Positions 25,133 through 35,043 of a stretch of DNA of 64,000 bases are shown here, piece by piece. The notes under the pieces are model-generated. The model was not told the DNA's origin, did not search any database, and saw only the letters and a list, made by a program, of their open reading frames with translations. This stretch comes from an uncultured Bacilli bacterium. Its GTDB lineage: Bacteria > Bacillota_I > Bacilli_A > RF39 > UBA660. Positions within the stretch are counted from its first letter, which is position 1, and every line of letters begins with the position of its first letter. The stretch covers positions 11,617 through 75,616 of the forward strand of contig CAKOOH010000005.1 in NCBI GenBank assembly GCA_934098485.1. The letters run 5' to 3'. The position numbers and the translations under genes were made by a program.

Positions 25133-28100
25133 ATGAAAAAATTTGCTAAAAAAATATGCGAAAAGAAAAAGTTAATCATATTTATATCAGCCTGCTTATT
25201 AGTCTTATCTTTTATTGGTATGTCCTTAACTAGAGTAAATTATGATATTTTAGTGTACTTACCAGAAGATATTGAAACTATCAAAGGTCAAAATATCTTA
25301 ACTGAAGATTTCGATATGGGTTCTTATTCCATCGCGGTCATTGAAAACTCTAAAGGAAAAGATATCCTAAAATTAGAAGAAAGAATTAAAAAGGTTGAAG
25401 GAGTAAATAACGTTGTATCTTTATATGATGTAATTGGTACTAATATTGATATCAATATGTTGCCAAGTGAAATTAAAGATCATTTCCATGAAGAAAATAC
25501 CGACATGCTATTTATTACCTTTGCTGGTGGTACATCAAGTGAAGAAACTATTAATGCAGTTAAAGAAATTCGTACTCTTGATGACAATTTAAATCTTGGT
25601 GGGATGAGTTCCATGGTTCTCGATACCATGAATTTGTCTGAAAGTGAAATTACCATTTATATTATTATTGCGGTTGCTCTATGTACTTTAGTCTTAGAGT
25701 TATCCCTAGATTCATATGTAGCCCCTATATTACTTTTACTTAATATTGGTGCTGCTATCCTAGTAAACTTAGGAACAAATGTCTTTCTAGGCCAAATATC
25801 CTATATAACTAAAGCCTTAGTTGCTGTTTTACAATTAGGTGTTACTACTGATTTTTCTATTTTCTTATACCATTCATATGAAGATAAAAAGAAAAAATAT
25901 AAAGATAAAGAAGAAGCTATGTCCGAAGCCATTTCTGAAACATTTACATCTGTTATTGGTTCATCCCTAACAACTATTGCTGGCTTCCTAGTTCTATGCT
26001 TTATGCAGTTAACTTTAGGTAAAGATTTAGGCATCGTTATGGCTAAAGGTGTTTTACTAGGTTTAGTATCTGTTCTTACTTTATACCCTTGCTTAATTTT
26101 AACATTTGATAAATTTCTAGAAAAAACTAAACATAAGAGTTTATCATTAAACTTTAATAAACTAAACACCTTTGTTGTTAAACATCATGTCATTTTATTC
26201 TGCATCTTCTTAGTATTACTTGTTCCTATGTATCTATCTTACCGTAAATGTGAAGTTTACTATAAAATCGATAGATCCTTACCAGATACTTTAGAAAGTA
26301 TTAAAACTAATGAATACTTAAAAGATCATTACAATATCGTAAGTCCTGAAATTATTTTATTAGATGCTAAAGATAAACCTAATAAAGTAAACGCTTTAAC
26401 TGATGAACTTAGAAAAGTTGAAGGAGTCGATTTTGTATTATCATTTGATAAATTACAAGAATATGGCTTTACAGAAAATATGTTAAGTGAAGATATTCTA
26501 AAAATATTTAAAAATGATAAATATCAAATGATTTTAGTAAACTCATTATATGAAGTAGCATCTGATGAGCTAAATAATCAAATAACTATTGTAAATGATA
26601 TCGTTAAAAACTATGATGAAAATGCCATAGTAGCAGGTGAGGGGCCTTTAATGAAAGACCTAATAACTACTAGTAATACTGACTTTAATAACGTTAATAC
26701 TTATTCAATTGTCATTATCTTACTAATCTTATTATGTGTTCTTAAAAATGCTTTCTTGCCTATACTACTTATTGCCGCTATCGAATTTGCTATCTTTACT
26801 AATATGAGTATTTCTTACTATAGTGGTGCCGTTTTACCATTTGTTGCTCCAATTGTTCTTGGTACTATTCAGTTAGGTGCTACTATCGATTATGCTATCT
26901 TACTTACAACTACTTACAAAAATAATCGTAAAGAAACTAAAGACAAAAAAGAAGCGATGATTAAAACTTTAAATTATAATGGTGCATCTATTTTAACTAG
27001 TGGTTTATGCTTCTTTGCTGCTACCTTTGGAGTAGGGGTATATTCCGATATAGATATGGTTGGTTCTCTATGTACTTTAATTAGCCGTGGTGCTTTAATA
27101 AGTATGTTTATTGTTATCACTGTTTTACCAGGAATATTATTAATAAGTGATAAATTATTTATCAAAGAAGAAAGGAAAGATAATATGAAAAAAAATAATA
27201 AAAAATTAGCTGTATTAGCTCTTAGTGCTTTTATGCTAACTGCTAATGCCCTAAACGTTAATGCTTTAACAAAAGTAGAAACTGTTTATGGTAAATTAGA
27301 TTCCACAGGAAAAAGCAAATCTATTTATATAAATGAAAGACTTTTAAATAGTTCTAAATTAAATCAAATAAATGATTATACGGAACTTAAAAATATTTTA
27401 AATATTAATGGTGATGAAACTTACACTATTGATGGTAACAAAATAACTTGGGAAAGTAATGGAAACAATATTTTCTATCAAGGAACTTATGAAAAATCTT
27501 TACCTATAAATATCTCTATCTCATATAAATTAGATGGTAAAGACATTAAACTTGAAGATTTACTTGGTCAAAAAGGTAAAGTAGAAGTAACTATTAAATA
27601 TGTTAATAATGATAAACATACCGTTAAAATTAATGGTAAAAATGAAACTATGTATACACCATTTACTATTATGTTTGGTACTATTTTACCAAGTGATGCT
27701 GAAAATATCAGTGTAACAAATGGTAAAATAATTTCTACTGGTACTAAAAATGTTGTAGTTGCCTTAAGTGCGCCTGGCCTTTATGACAATTTAAAACTTG
27801 ATAATTTAAAAGACTTAAATAAAATTGTCTTATCTTATAATACTGATAACTTTGAGCTTCCATCAATGTACAATGTTGTTAGTCCTAAATTAATATCAAG
27901 TAGTGATATTAGTAAACTAAATGATTTAGATAAAATCTATAGTAAAGTTGATGAATTAAGTCAAAATATGGATTTAATAGATAACAGTACTAAAGAATTA
28001 AAAAATGGTTCTAATTCTTTAAAAAGTGCTTTATCTTCATCTATTAATACTTTAAAAAATGATAAAAGTAATGCTTTAAATGAAGCTGCTTTAAAAGGCA

Positions 28101-28963
28101 TTGTTGATGCTGCTGTAAGTGGTGTAAATGAAACATTCACTGATGAATATAAAAAAGCCATCGCTGATTCTGCTTGGGAAACTGTTAAAGCAAATTTAAA
28201 TGAAACAGATGAAAACTTACAAAATAGTATTTCTGAAACTGTTAAAAATAATTTAACGGCTGCTATTACTAAATATATTGAATTTAAACAAATTGATATT
28301 GTAAATGATACTAAAGTATGTTTAACTGCTACTAAAACTTTAGAAGCTTTAGGAAAAACTCCTGATGAAATGACTCCTGAAGAAAAACAAAGTTGTGCTA
28401 ATGTTAATGAAATAAATACCTTACAAAATATTTTAACTGAAAGTTATACTAGCACTGCTACAGAAGTAAGCTCTAAAGTAACTATGGGTGTTGCTGAAAA
28501 AGTATCTAAAAATGTTGCTGTATCTGCTAGTTATAATGCTGCTATAAATACCGCTAAAAGTGTATCTTCTAGTGTATCAACAAATGTTGCTAATAGTGTC
28601 AAAACTGCTGCAACTAATTCCTTTGCTACTTCTCTAAATACTTTATATGAAAACATTTCTTTAATTGATAATGGCTTAAATGAACTATCAAGTGGTGTTA
28701 CTAAATTTAATAATGAAGGAATTAAAACTATCGCCAGTCTAGTAAATAATGATGTCAAAGGATTATCTGAAAGACTAGAAAAAACTGCCTCTTTAGGAGA
28801 AAACTATAAATCTGTTATGAATCATAATAACTTAGATAAAGATAGTGAAACAAAATTTGTTTTAGTTGTTGATGGTGAAAAGAAAGAAGAAACTAAAAAC
28901 ACTACTGTTAAAGAAAATACTAAAACATCTCTATGGCAAAAAATCAAAAATATCTTCAAATAA
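25133..28963 (+). CDS. MMPL/RND-superfamily membrane transporter with a ~600-aa C-terminal extracellular extension
   Basis: Two 6-TM bundles separated by soluble loops (MMPL architecture) in residues ~1-690, then an Asn/Ser/Thr-rich non-membrane tail. The ATG at 25133 has the ribosome-binding site GAAGGAG. Confidence 0.75.
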   Translation: MKKFAKKICEKKKLIIFISACLLVLSFIGMSLTRVNYDILVYLPEDIETIKGQNILTEDFDMGSYSIAVIENSKGKDILKLEERIKKVEGVNNVVSLYDVIGTNIDINMLPSEIKDHFHEENTDMLFITFAGGTSSEETINAVKEIRTLDDNLNLGGMSSMVLDTMNLSESEITIYIIIAVALCTLVLELSLDSYVAPILLLLNIGAAILVNLGTNVFLGQISYITKALVAVLQLGVTTDFSIFLYHSYEDKKKKYKDKEEAMSEAISETFTSVIGSSLTTIAGFLVLCFMQLTLGKDLGIVMAKGVLLGLVSVLTLYPCLILTFDKFLEKTKHKSLSLNFNKLNTFVVKHHVILFCIFLVLLVPMYLSYRKCEVYYKIDRSLPDTLESIKTNEYLKDHYNIVSPEIILLDAKDKPNKVNALTDELRKVEGVDFVLSFDKLQEYGFTENMLSEDILKIFKNDKYQMILVNSLYEVASDELNNQITIVNDIVKNYDENAIVAGEGPLMKDLITTSNTDFNNVNTYSIVIILLILLCVLKNAFLPILLIAAIEFAIFTNMSISYYSGAVLPFVAPIVLGTIQLGATIDYAILLTTTYKNNRKETKDKKEAMIKTLNYNGASILTSGLCFFAATFGVGVYSDIDMVGSLCTLISRGALISMFIVITVLPGILLISDKLFIKEERKDNMKKNNKKLAVLALSAFMLTANALNVNALTKVETVYGKLDSTGKSKSIYINERLLNSSKLNQINDYTELKNILNINGDETYTIDGNKITWESNGNNIFYQGTYEKSLPINISISYKLDGKDIKLEDLLGQKGKVEVTIKYVNNDKHTVKINGKNETMYTPFTIMFGTILPSDAENISVTNGKIISTGTKNVVVALSAPGLYDNLKLDNLKDLNKIVLSYNTDNFELPSMYNVVSPKLISSSDISKLNDLDKIYSKVDELSQNMDLIDNSTKELKNGSNSLKSALSSSINTLKNDKSNALNEAALKGIVDAAVSGVNETFTDEYKKAIADSAWETVKANLNETDENLQNSISETVKNNLTAAITKYIEFKQIDIVNDTKVCLTATKTLEALGKTPDEMTPEEKQSCANVNEINTLQNILTESYTSTATEVSSKVTMGVAEKVSKNVAVSASYNAAINTAKSVSSSVSTNVANSVKTAATNSFATSLNTLYENISLIDNGLNELSSGVTKFNNEGIKTIASLVNNDVKGLSERLEKTASLGENYKSVMNHNNLDKDSETKFVLVVDGEKKEETKNTTVKENTKTSLWQKIKNIFK

Positions 28964-29199
28964 TTTAATAAAAATATCTAAAACATCTTATCAAAAGGTA
29001 AGGTGTTTTTTTATAACAATTCTAAAATCACCATAAAAACCCGCAAATAAGTCAAATTATCTTGTACAAATTCATAAAATTTGCTAATATATTAATGGTT
29101 TTAAACCAATATGTACATAAACGGATTAAAGTGCCCAGTGGCCTAGCCGGTGCTTTAAGAAGATGTTTATGGGTAAATAACGAAAGGATTGTGAAAATT

Positions 29200-30129
29200 A
29201 TGGCTGTTGTTTCTATGAGTTACTTATTAGAAGCAGGTGTTCATTTTGGACATCAAACAAAAAGATGGAATCCTAAAATGAAGGAATACATCTTTACATC
29301 TAGAGATGATATTTATATTATCAATCTAGAAAAAACTGCTGCATGCATTGAAACTGCTTATGCAGAAATTAAAAAAATCGCTGAAAACGGAGGAAGTTTC
29401 TTATTTGTTGGAACTAAAAAACAAGCTCAAGAAGCCTCTAAAGAAGAAGCTGAAAGAAGTGAATCTTTCTATGTAGTAGAAAGATGGTTAGGTGGAACTC
29501 TTACTAACTTTAGAACTATTAGAAAAAGAATTAAACGTCTAGAAGAAATTGAAAAAATGGAAAATGACGGAACATTCGATGTTTTACCTAAAAAAGAAGT
29601 TATCGGACTTAAAAAAGAATACGAAAAATTAAATAAAGTATTATGTGGTATCCGTAACATGGAAAAATTACCTAATGCTTTAATTATTGTTGATCCTAAA
29701 AAGGAAATTAACGCTATTCGTGAAGCAAGAAAATTAAATATCCCAGTATTTGGTTTAGTAGATACTAACTGTGATCCTGATGATGTAGATTTTGTTATTC
29801 CTGCTAATGATGATGCTGTAAGAAGTGTAAAAGTTGTTCTAGGTGTTTTAACAAATGCCATTTGTGAAGCTAAAAATTTAGAAATCGTTGATTATATCAC
29901 TGAAGAAGAAAAACCTAAAAAAGAAGCTAAGGCAAAAACTGTTAAAGAAATATTTGTTGAAAGTTTAGAAAAAGAAGAAACTAAAGAAGCAATTAAAGAA
30001 GAAAAAATTGTTGAAGATGAAGATTTAACTTTAAAAACTTTAACAGAACTTAAAAATATTGCTAAGAAAAAGGGTATCAAAGGATACTCATCAATGAAAA
30101 AAGAAGAATTATTATTAGCGTTAAAATAG
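29200..30129 (+). CDS. rpsB: 30S ribosomal protein S2 with a Lys-rich C-terminal extension ending in a Rho_N/SAP-like motif
   Basis: [27 protein letters not shown] is the canonical S2 N-terminus. The tail is ...[37 protein letters not shown]-rich structured leader lies upstream. Confidence 0.9.
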   Translation: MAVVSMSYLLEAGVHFGHQTKRWNPKMKEYIFTSRDDIYIINLEKTAACIETAYAEIKKIAENGGSFLFVGTKKQAQEASKEEAERSESFYVVERWLGGTLTNFRTIRKRIKRLEEIEKMENDGTFDVLPKKEVIGLKKEYEKLNKVLCGIRNMEKLPNALIIVDPKKEINAIREARKLNIPVFGLVDTNCDPDDVDFVIPANDDAVRSVKVVLGVLTNAICEAKNLEIVDYITEEEKPKKEAKAKTVKEIFVESLEKEETKEAIKEEKIVEDEDLTLKTLTELKNIAKKKGIKGYSSMKKEELLLALK

Positions 30130-30138
30130 GAGGAAATT

Positions 30139-31011
30139 ATGATAGATGCTAAAAGTGTTGCTGAATTAAGAGCAAAAACTGGTGCTGGTATGATGGACTG
30201 CAAAAAAGCCTTAACTGAAACTAATGGCGATATGGATGCAGCCGTTGACTATTTAAGAGAAAAAGGTATTGCTAAAGCTGCTAAAAAAGAATCAAGAATT
30301 GCTGCTGAAGGCTTAGCAAACGTCTATATTAGTGGTAACAAAGCTGTTATCTTAGAAGTTAATAGTGAAACTGATTTTGTTAGTAAAAATGATGAATTTA
30401 AAGGTATGTTAGATACTATTGGAAATACTATTTTAAATAGTAATGTAACTACTTTAGAAGAAGCTCTAACTCTTCCATGTGAAGAAGGAACAATTAATGA
30501 TTTAATCATTGCTAAAACTGCTAAAATCGGTGAAAAACTATCTCTAAGAAGAATTGAAGTATTAACTAAAAATGATAATGAAAACTTTGGTTCATACTTA
30601 CATATGGGTGGTAAAATTGCTGTTTTAACTTTACTTGAAGGTGCAAATGAGGACGTTGCTAAAGATGTTGCTATGCAAGCAGCTGCTATGAAACCTGAAT
30701 TTGTAACTAGCGAAGAAATTCCTGCTGAACGTGTTGAAAAAGAAAGAGCTATCTTTAAAGAACAAGCTATGAACGAAGGAAAACCTGCTGAAATAGCTGA
30801 AAAAATGGTTGAAGGAAGATTACATAAATTCTTTAAAGAAATTTGCTTAGTTAGTCAAGCATTTATTAAAGATAGTGATTTAGATGTTGAAACTTACGTA
30901 AAAAATAATGGCGGAAAAGTTTTAAAAATGATTCGTTATGAAGTAGGCGAAGGTATGGAAAAAAGAAATGATAACTTTGCTGAAGAAGTTATGAGCCAAA
31001 TTAATAAATAG
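30139..31011 (+). CDS. tsf: Elongation factor Ts
   Basis: N-terminal UBA-like SVAELRAKTGAGMMDCKKAL and a dimerisation core. Confidence 0.95.
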   Translation: MIDAKSVAELRAKTGAGMMDCKKALTETNGDMDAAVDYLREKGIAKAAKKESRIAAEGLANVYISGNKAVILEVNSETDFVSKNDEFKGMLDTIGNTILNSNVTTLEEALTLPCEEGTINDLIIAKTAKIGEKLSLRRIEVLTKNDNENFGSYLHMGGKIAVLTLLEGANEDVAKDVAMQAAAMKPEFVTSEEIPAERVEKERAIFKEQAMNEGKPAEIAEKMVEGRLHKFFKEICLVSQAFIKDSDLDVETYVKNNGGKVLKMIRYEVGEGMEKRNDNFAEEVMSQINK

Positions 31012-31019
31012 AGGCTTAT

Positions 31020-31679
31020 ATGAATAAAAACGTAATAACTGGTATTATACTAGGAATCATCGTTTTAATCTTGTGCTATATCGCATTTAATTGGGAAAAA
31101 GAAACTGTAATAGATGAAACTCCATCATATACTATTACTAATGATTCATTAAAATTCAAAAAAGAATTTGAAGCAAATAATGATAAGAAAAATAAAGTTA
31201 ATATTTCCATTAAAAATTATAGTACTGTTACATATTCATCATATGAAGAAATATTTAAGAAACTAGAATCAGATGAAAGTTATATTCTTTTCTTTGCATC
31301 AAGTACTGATGAAAATTCTCGAATAATGGCTTCTATCTTAGTTGATAAAGCCCTTACTTTAAAAGAAGATATTTATTATTTAGATATAACTAATGATGTT
31401 GACAAAAAAGAATTAACTAAAGATGGCAAAATTAAAACTATCAAAAAAGGTTCTGATAATTATTATGAATTAGTTAAAAAACTAAATGGTTATTTGCCAT
31501 CTTATGAAGGCCTTAAAGATGATACTATCAAAAGAGTATACATCCCTACAGTAGTTTTTGTATCTAAAGGCAAAATTATTAAAATGGTAAATATTCCATC
31601 TGAAATTGATAATAGAAAATATAGTAAAACTTTATCTGATGAAGAACTAAAAATATTAAGTGATGCTTTAAATGTTTAA
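31020..31679 (+). CDS. Membrane-anchored hypothetical protein (N-terminal TM, ~190-aa extracytoplasmic domain)
   Basis: Signal-anchor ITGIILGIIVLILCYIAF. It is followed by the terminator at 31681-31712. Confidence 0.5.
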   Translation: MNKNVITGIILGIIVLILCYIAFNWEKETVIDETPSYTITNDSLKFKKEFEANNDKKNKVNISIKNYSTVTYSSYEEIFKKLESDESYILFFASSTDENSRIMASILVDKALTLKEDIYYLDITNDVDKKELTKDGKIKTIKKGSDNYYELVKKLNGYLPSYEGLKDDTIKRVYIPTVVFVSKGKIIKMVNIPSEIDNRKYSKTLSDEELKILSDALNV

Positions 31680-31680
31680 A

Positions 31681-31712
31681 TAGAAAGTAAGAAAATACAC
31701 TTTCTATTTTTA
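31681..31712 (+). terminator. Rho-independent terminator (AGAAAGT-aagaaaatac-ACTTTCT + T-run)
   Basis: Read directly. An extended -10 TGATATAAT follows at about 31720-31729. Confidence 0.55.
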
Positions 31713-31753
31713 TTTTCTTTTGATATAATTACCTTAGAATGCGGAGGCCTGTT

Positions 31754-33418
31754 ATGAAAAAAGGATTTACCTTAATTGAAATGATAATATCTGTTACTCT
31801 TCTTGCATTTATTGCCGTTATAATTATGATTAATCTTAATAAAAATATTAAAGACCAAGAAGCTAAAGAGTATGCTGAATTTGTTGAGAAAGTTAAAGCT
31901 GCCGCTAATATTTATATGGCCGCTAATCCTGATTCAGAAGCATTTGCCAAAGACGAAAACGGTTATAATATTATTAGTATTGAACTTTTAGAAGAGTCTG
32001 GGTTATTAAGTGCCGATTCTCTTATTGATCCTGAAACAAATCTTCGTTTAAGTGATGAATCTACCGATGTTTCTAAAAAATATATTAAAATTTATGATGA
32101 TGAAAAATTAGAAAATAATGAAAAATCCGAAGCGACTTTAATTGAATATCCTGCTACAGGAGAAATCAATAAATATATAAGAACTGTAGAATATGAAATG
32201 AATGGCTTTGGTTCTTGTAACACTCAAAAACCAGTTGTAGGAGAAACTATCAGTATATGTAATCCTACTGATGATAATGCTACCTTTGTTAAATGGTTTT
32301 TAGATAGTGAATTAAGTAGTGAAGGTCCTAATGGTAATGACGAATATAAACCAATGGAAGATGTAAAATTTTATGCTAAATGGTATAAAAATAAAAGTTC
32401 AACTATTAGAGCGATGAAAATAGAAAGTGCCACTTCTAATCATGATGATTACAAAGTAAAAGTAACTTTAGATATTATCGATGTTTATGGTGGAAAATTA
32501 AAAGTATGTCTAAGTAAAACCAACAATATGGATACTTGTCAAAACTGGGAAGAAATTGATTCTGCTAAAGATTCTGTAACTACATATACTAAAGAAGTAA
32601 ATTTACAAGAAATGTTTGATTCTAGTTACACCACTGGTTCTGGAAAAAGTGCCAAATTATATGCTTTTGTTCAAAATACGGCATATGAAGAAGCCTTAAA
32701 AGAACGTAGAAGTACGACTAATTTAGTTGCATCAGCATATAAAACCTATAAAATATATTTATTTTGTACTGAAGTAACTGTAACATCAGAGGGAACTTAT
32801 GGTGATTGCTCAGCCCAATGTGGTGGTGGCACTAAAAGCAGAATGAATAAAGTTAAAGACAAATATTATGATGCATCATATATATTATGTGCTGATTCTA
32901 AAGAAGAAACAAGCTGTAATACAATGGATTGTTGTTCTAGTACCGTTAAGCAAGAAGGAACATATGGTGCTTGCTCAGCCAAATGCGGTGGTGGTACACA
33001 AAGTATGACTATCAATTATGTATCTGCATATGATAGCAGCAAAGTTTGTAGTTCAAAAACTGAAACCAAACAGTGTAATACCCAAGATTGTTGTTCATCA
33101 ACATATGCATCATACTCATATGGTGCTTGCTCAGCATCTTGTGGATCAGGATCGCAAAGTGTAACCATAAATTATTATTCATCATATGATAACCGCTATT
33201 GTAGTAGTGAATCCACTAGTCAGACATGCAATGCTGGAAGTTGTTGCCCGGATGGATATAAGGAAGCGTATGGACAATTTGGATGTAGTAATCCTAATAT
33301 TGGTTGTTATAAGTTAAGATACAGAACCAATGAATGCTGGGAATGCAATTCATGTGGTAATTGGGGTGAACAAGTTTGGACTAACAATGGTTATTGTATA
33401 AAATGGGTTTGCCCATAG
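31754..33418 (+). CDS. Type IV prepilin-like protein (class III signal MKKG|FTLIEM) with a large C-terminal domain ending in three thrombospondin type-1-like Cys repeats plus a Cys-rich cap
   Basis: Prepilin peptidase motif G|FTLIEM with Glu at +5 and a 20-aa hydrophobic helix. Three repeats contain CSAxCGGGTxS(R/M)...C...CNTxDCC. The ribosome-binding site GGAGG 7 nt before the ATG at 31754 is preferred over the ATG at 31739. Confidence 0.7.
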   Translation: MKKGFTLIEMIISVTLLAFIAVIIMINLNKNIKDQEAKEYAEFVEKVKAAANIYMAANPDSEAFAKDENGYNIISIELLEESGLLSADSLIDPETNLRLSDESTDVSKKYIKIYDDEKLENNEKSEATLIEYPATGEINKYIRTVEYEMNGFGSCNTQKPVVGETISICNPTDDNATFVKWFLDSELSSEGPNGNDEYKPMEDVKFYAKWYKNKSSTIRAMKIESATSNHDDYKVKVTLDIIDVYGGKLKVCLSKTNNMDTCQNWEEIDSAKDSVTTYTKEVNLQEMFDSSYTTGSGKSAKLYAFVQNTAYEEALKERRSTTNLVASAYKTYKIYLFCTEVTVTSEGTYGDCSAQCGGGTKSRMNKVKDKYYDASYILCADSKEETSCNTMDCCSSTVKQEGTYGACSAKCGGGTQSMTINYVSAYDSSKVCSSKTETKQCNTQDCCSSTYASYSYGACSASCGSGSQSVTINYYSSYDNRYCSSESTSQTCNAGSCCPDGYKEAYGQFGCSNPNIGCYKLRYRTNECWECNSCGNWGEQVWTNNGYCIKWVCP

Positions 33419-33430
33419 AAAGAAGGTATT

Positions 33431-34228
33431 ATGAAAAATAATAAAAAAGTGTTTATAATTGTAGGATTTCTAATATTCCTTTTTCTAAGTTTAATAATTA
33501 TCCTAATATTAAATAAAAAAAATATTTTAAATCCTAATCCCCAAACCACAACTAAAGAAATAGAACTCGATCCTAAAAACTATGCTCCCGCCATTGCTAG
33601 TTCACTAAGTTATTTTAATAATTGCAATACTGGTTACAAGTTTGATTTTGGCAATAAAGACAAAATAGAATACAATGACTTATCTACGGATTTTATATAT
33701 AATACAGTATACAATTACTTATATAATCAAAATAAAATAAAAATAACTAAAAGTGATAATCCTAATAAAGAAGCCATATTATCCGAAACTAATTATATAG
33801 AAGAAGAATTTTCTTTAGATGCTTTTCTATCTGCTTATCAGTACTTATATGGAATTAATTCCCAAGACATTAAATATGAAAATAGTTTTAAAATAGGGCA
33901 GTATACATTTACTTTAAATAACAATAAATTCTATACTAAAAAAACATCAAGTCCAGATTGCTTTTCTAATAATACGACAAATTATTTATTAGTAAACCAA
34001 AAATTAGGCAAAGATTTTATAGAAATAACCTATATAGTTTATTATTCCAAACATGAATATGCAGATAATGTAATGAATGAGTATGCTGTGAATATCGATA
34101 ATGGCGAAATTATTTGTAAAACATCTAACGTAAACAGTACGGAAAACATTGATAAATTGACTAAATATAGCTTTACTTTCATCAAAAAAGGAAATAATTA
34201 TATTTTTAATAACATAACAAAATCATAA
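33431..34228 (+). CDS. Membrane-anchored partner protein A1 (paralogue of 34242-35027)
   Basis: N-terminal TM. Motifs shared with its paralogue: CNTGY.FDF, ...KYSFTFIKKGNNYIFNN. No homology is recognised. Confidence 0.5.
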   Translation: MKNNKKVFIIVGFLIFLFLSLIIILILNKKNILNPNPQTTTKEIELDPKNYAPAIASSLSYFNNCNTGYKFDFGNKDKIEYNDLSTDFIYNTVYNYLYNQNKIKITKSDNPNKEAILSETNYIEEEFSLDAFLSAYQYLYGINSQDIKYENSFKIGQYTFTLNNNKFYTKKTSSPDCFSNNTTNYLLVNQKLGKDFIEITYIVYYSKHEYADNVMNEYAVNIDNGEIICKTSNVNSTENIDKLTKYSFTFIKKGNNYIFNNITKS

Positions 34229-34241
34229 TAAGGAATTTACT

Positions 34242-35027
34242 ATGAAAAGACAAAACTATAAAAAATTAAAAATAACTTTAATTACCGGTTTATTATTTAT
34301 TTTAACTGTGGGCTTTGGCCTTATTTATCTTCTTAATTCTAAAGAAAAACAGCCCATTTTCGATAATTCCAAAGTTACTCATAAAATAGATAACTCTGAT
34401 ATAACAACTTTATTAAACAAGATAACTTCGTCTTATGGTACTTGTAACACCGGCTATGCCTTAGATTTCAAAGAAAAAAATGTTCTTTTAGCAAATGAAT
34501 TAGATGAAAATTTTAAATATAATATAATTTATAATATTTTAAAAAGAAATAATAAGATAGTTAAGCAGTACAAAACTAAAAATGAACAAACCACTGAAGA
34601 ACCAGCATCTTTTTTCGATAAAACTAAATACACCGAAATATTAACTATCAGTGATTTTACAGAAGTTTATACAAGTTTATTTGGTTATAAACCAGAAGAA
34701 ATGCTCCCATCCTTTAAATTAGGTAACAAAATATATTCTTCCAATGGTAGTAGTTATTCGGCAAATATTGATGAAGCCGAAGAAGAAGATTGTACTTACA
34801 GTACCAAATATTCTATCTACTTTGCCACTTCTTCTAAAGAAGAAATTACTTTAGAATATATTTTATATTTTGAAACCAATAATAAAGCTTATACTGACGC
34901 TGATTTCAAAAATTCAGTATGTGGTTCTAGCAAAGTAAACGATTATAAAGATAATTTTATAAAATACCGTTTTACCTTTAAAGGAAATAATAATAATTAC
35001 GTTTTAAAAAACGTAAGTTTAGTTTAA
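34242..35027 (+). CDS. Membrane-anchored partner protein A2
   Basis: Paralogue of A1 (CNTGYALDF, KYRFTFKGNNNNYVLKN) with an N-terminal TM. Confidence 0.5.
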   Translation: MKRQNYKKLKITLITGLLFILTVGFGLIYLLNSKEKQPIFDNSKVTHKIDNSDITTLLNKITSSYGTCNTGYALDFKEKNVLLANELDENFKYNIIYNILKRNNKIVKQYKTKNEQTTEEPASFFDKTKYTEILTISDFTEVYTSLFGYKPEEMLPSFKLGNKIYSSNGSSYSANIDEAEEEDCTYSTKYSIYFATSSKEEITLEYILYFETNNKAYTDADFKNSVCGSSKVNDYKDNFIKYRFTFKGNNNNYVLKNVSLV

Positions 35028-35043
35028 TTAGGAAATATGTAAA

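Noticed and set aside
29143-29152. GC-rich 10-mer GGCCTAGCCG shared by the rpsB leader and the serS leader (~62371)
   Set aside because: A single 10-nt match is insufficient to claim a shared regulatory element, although it is unusual in a 27% GC background. It would need genome-wide counts.
31020-31679. The membrane-anchored protein upstream of the pilin-TSR cassette, as a thioredoxin-like disulfide catalyst for the Cys-rich repeats
   Set aside because: This was tempting because TSR-like repeats need disulfide formation, but I see no CxxC motif (the corresponding stretch reads FFASSTDENS), so the idea is unsupported.
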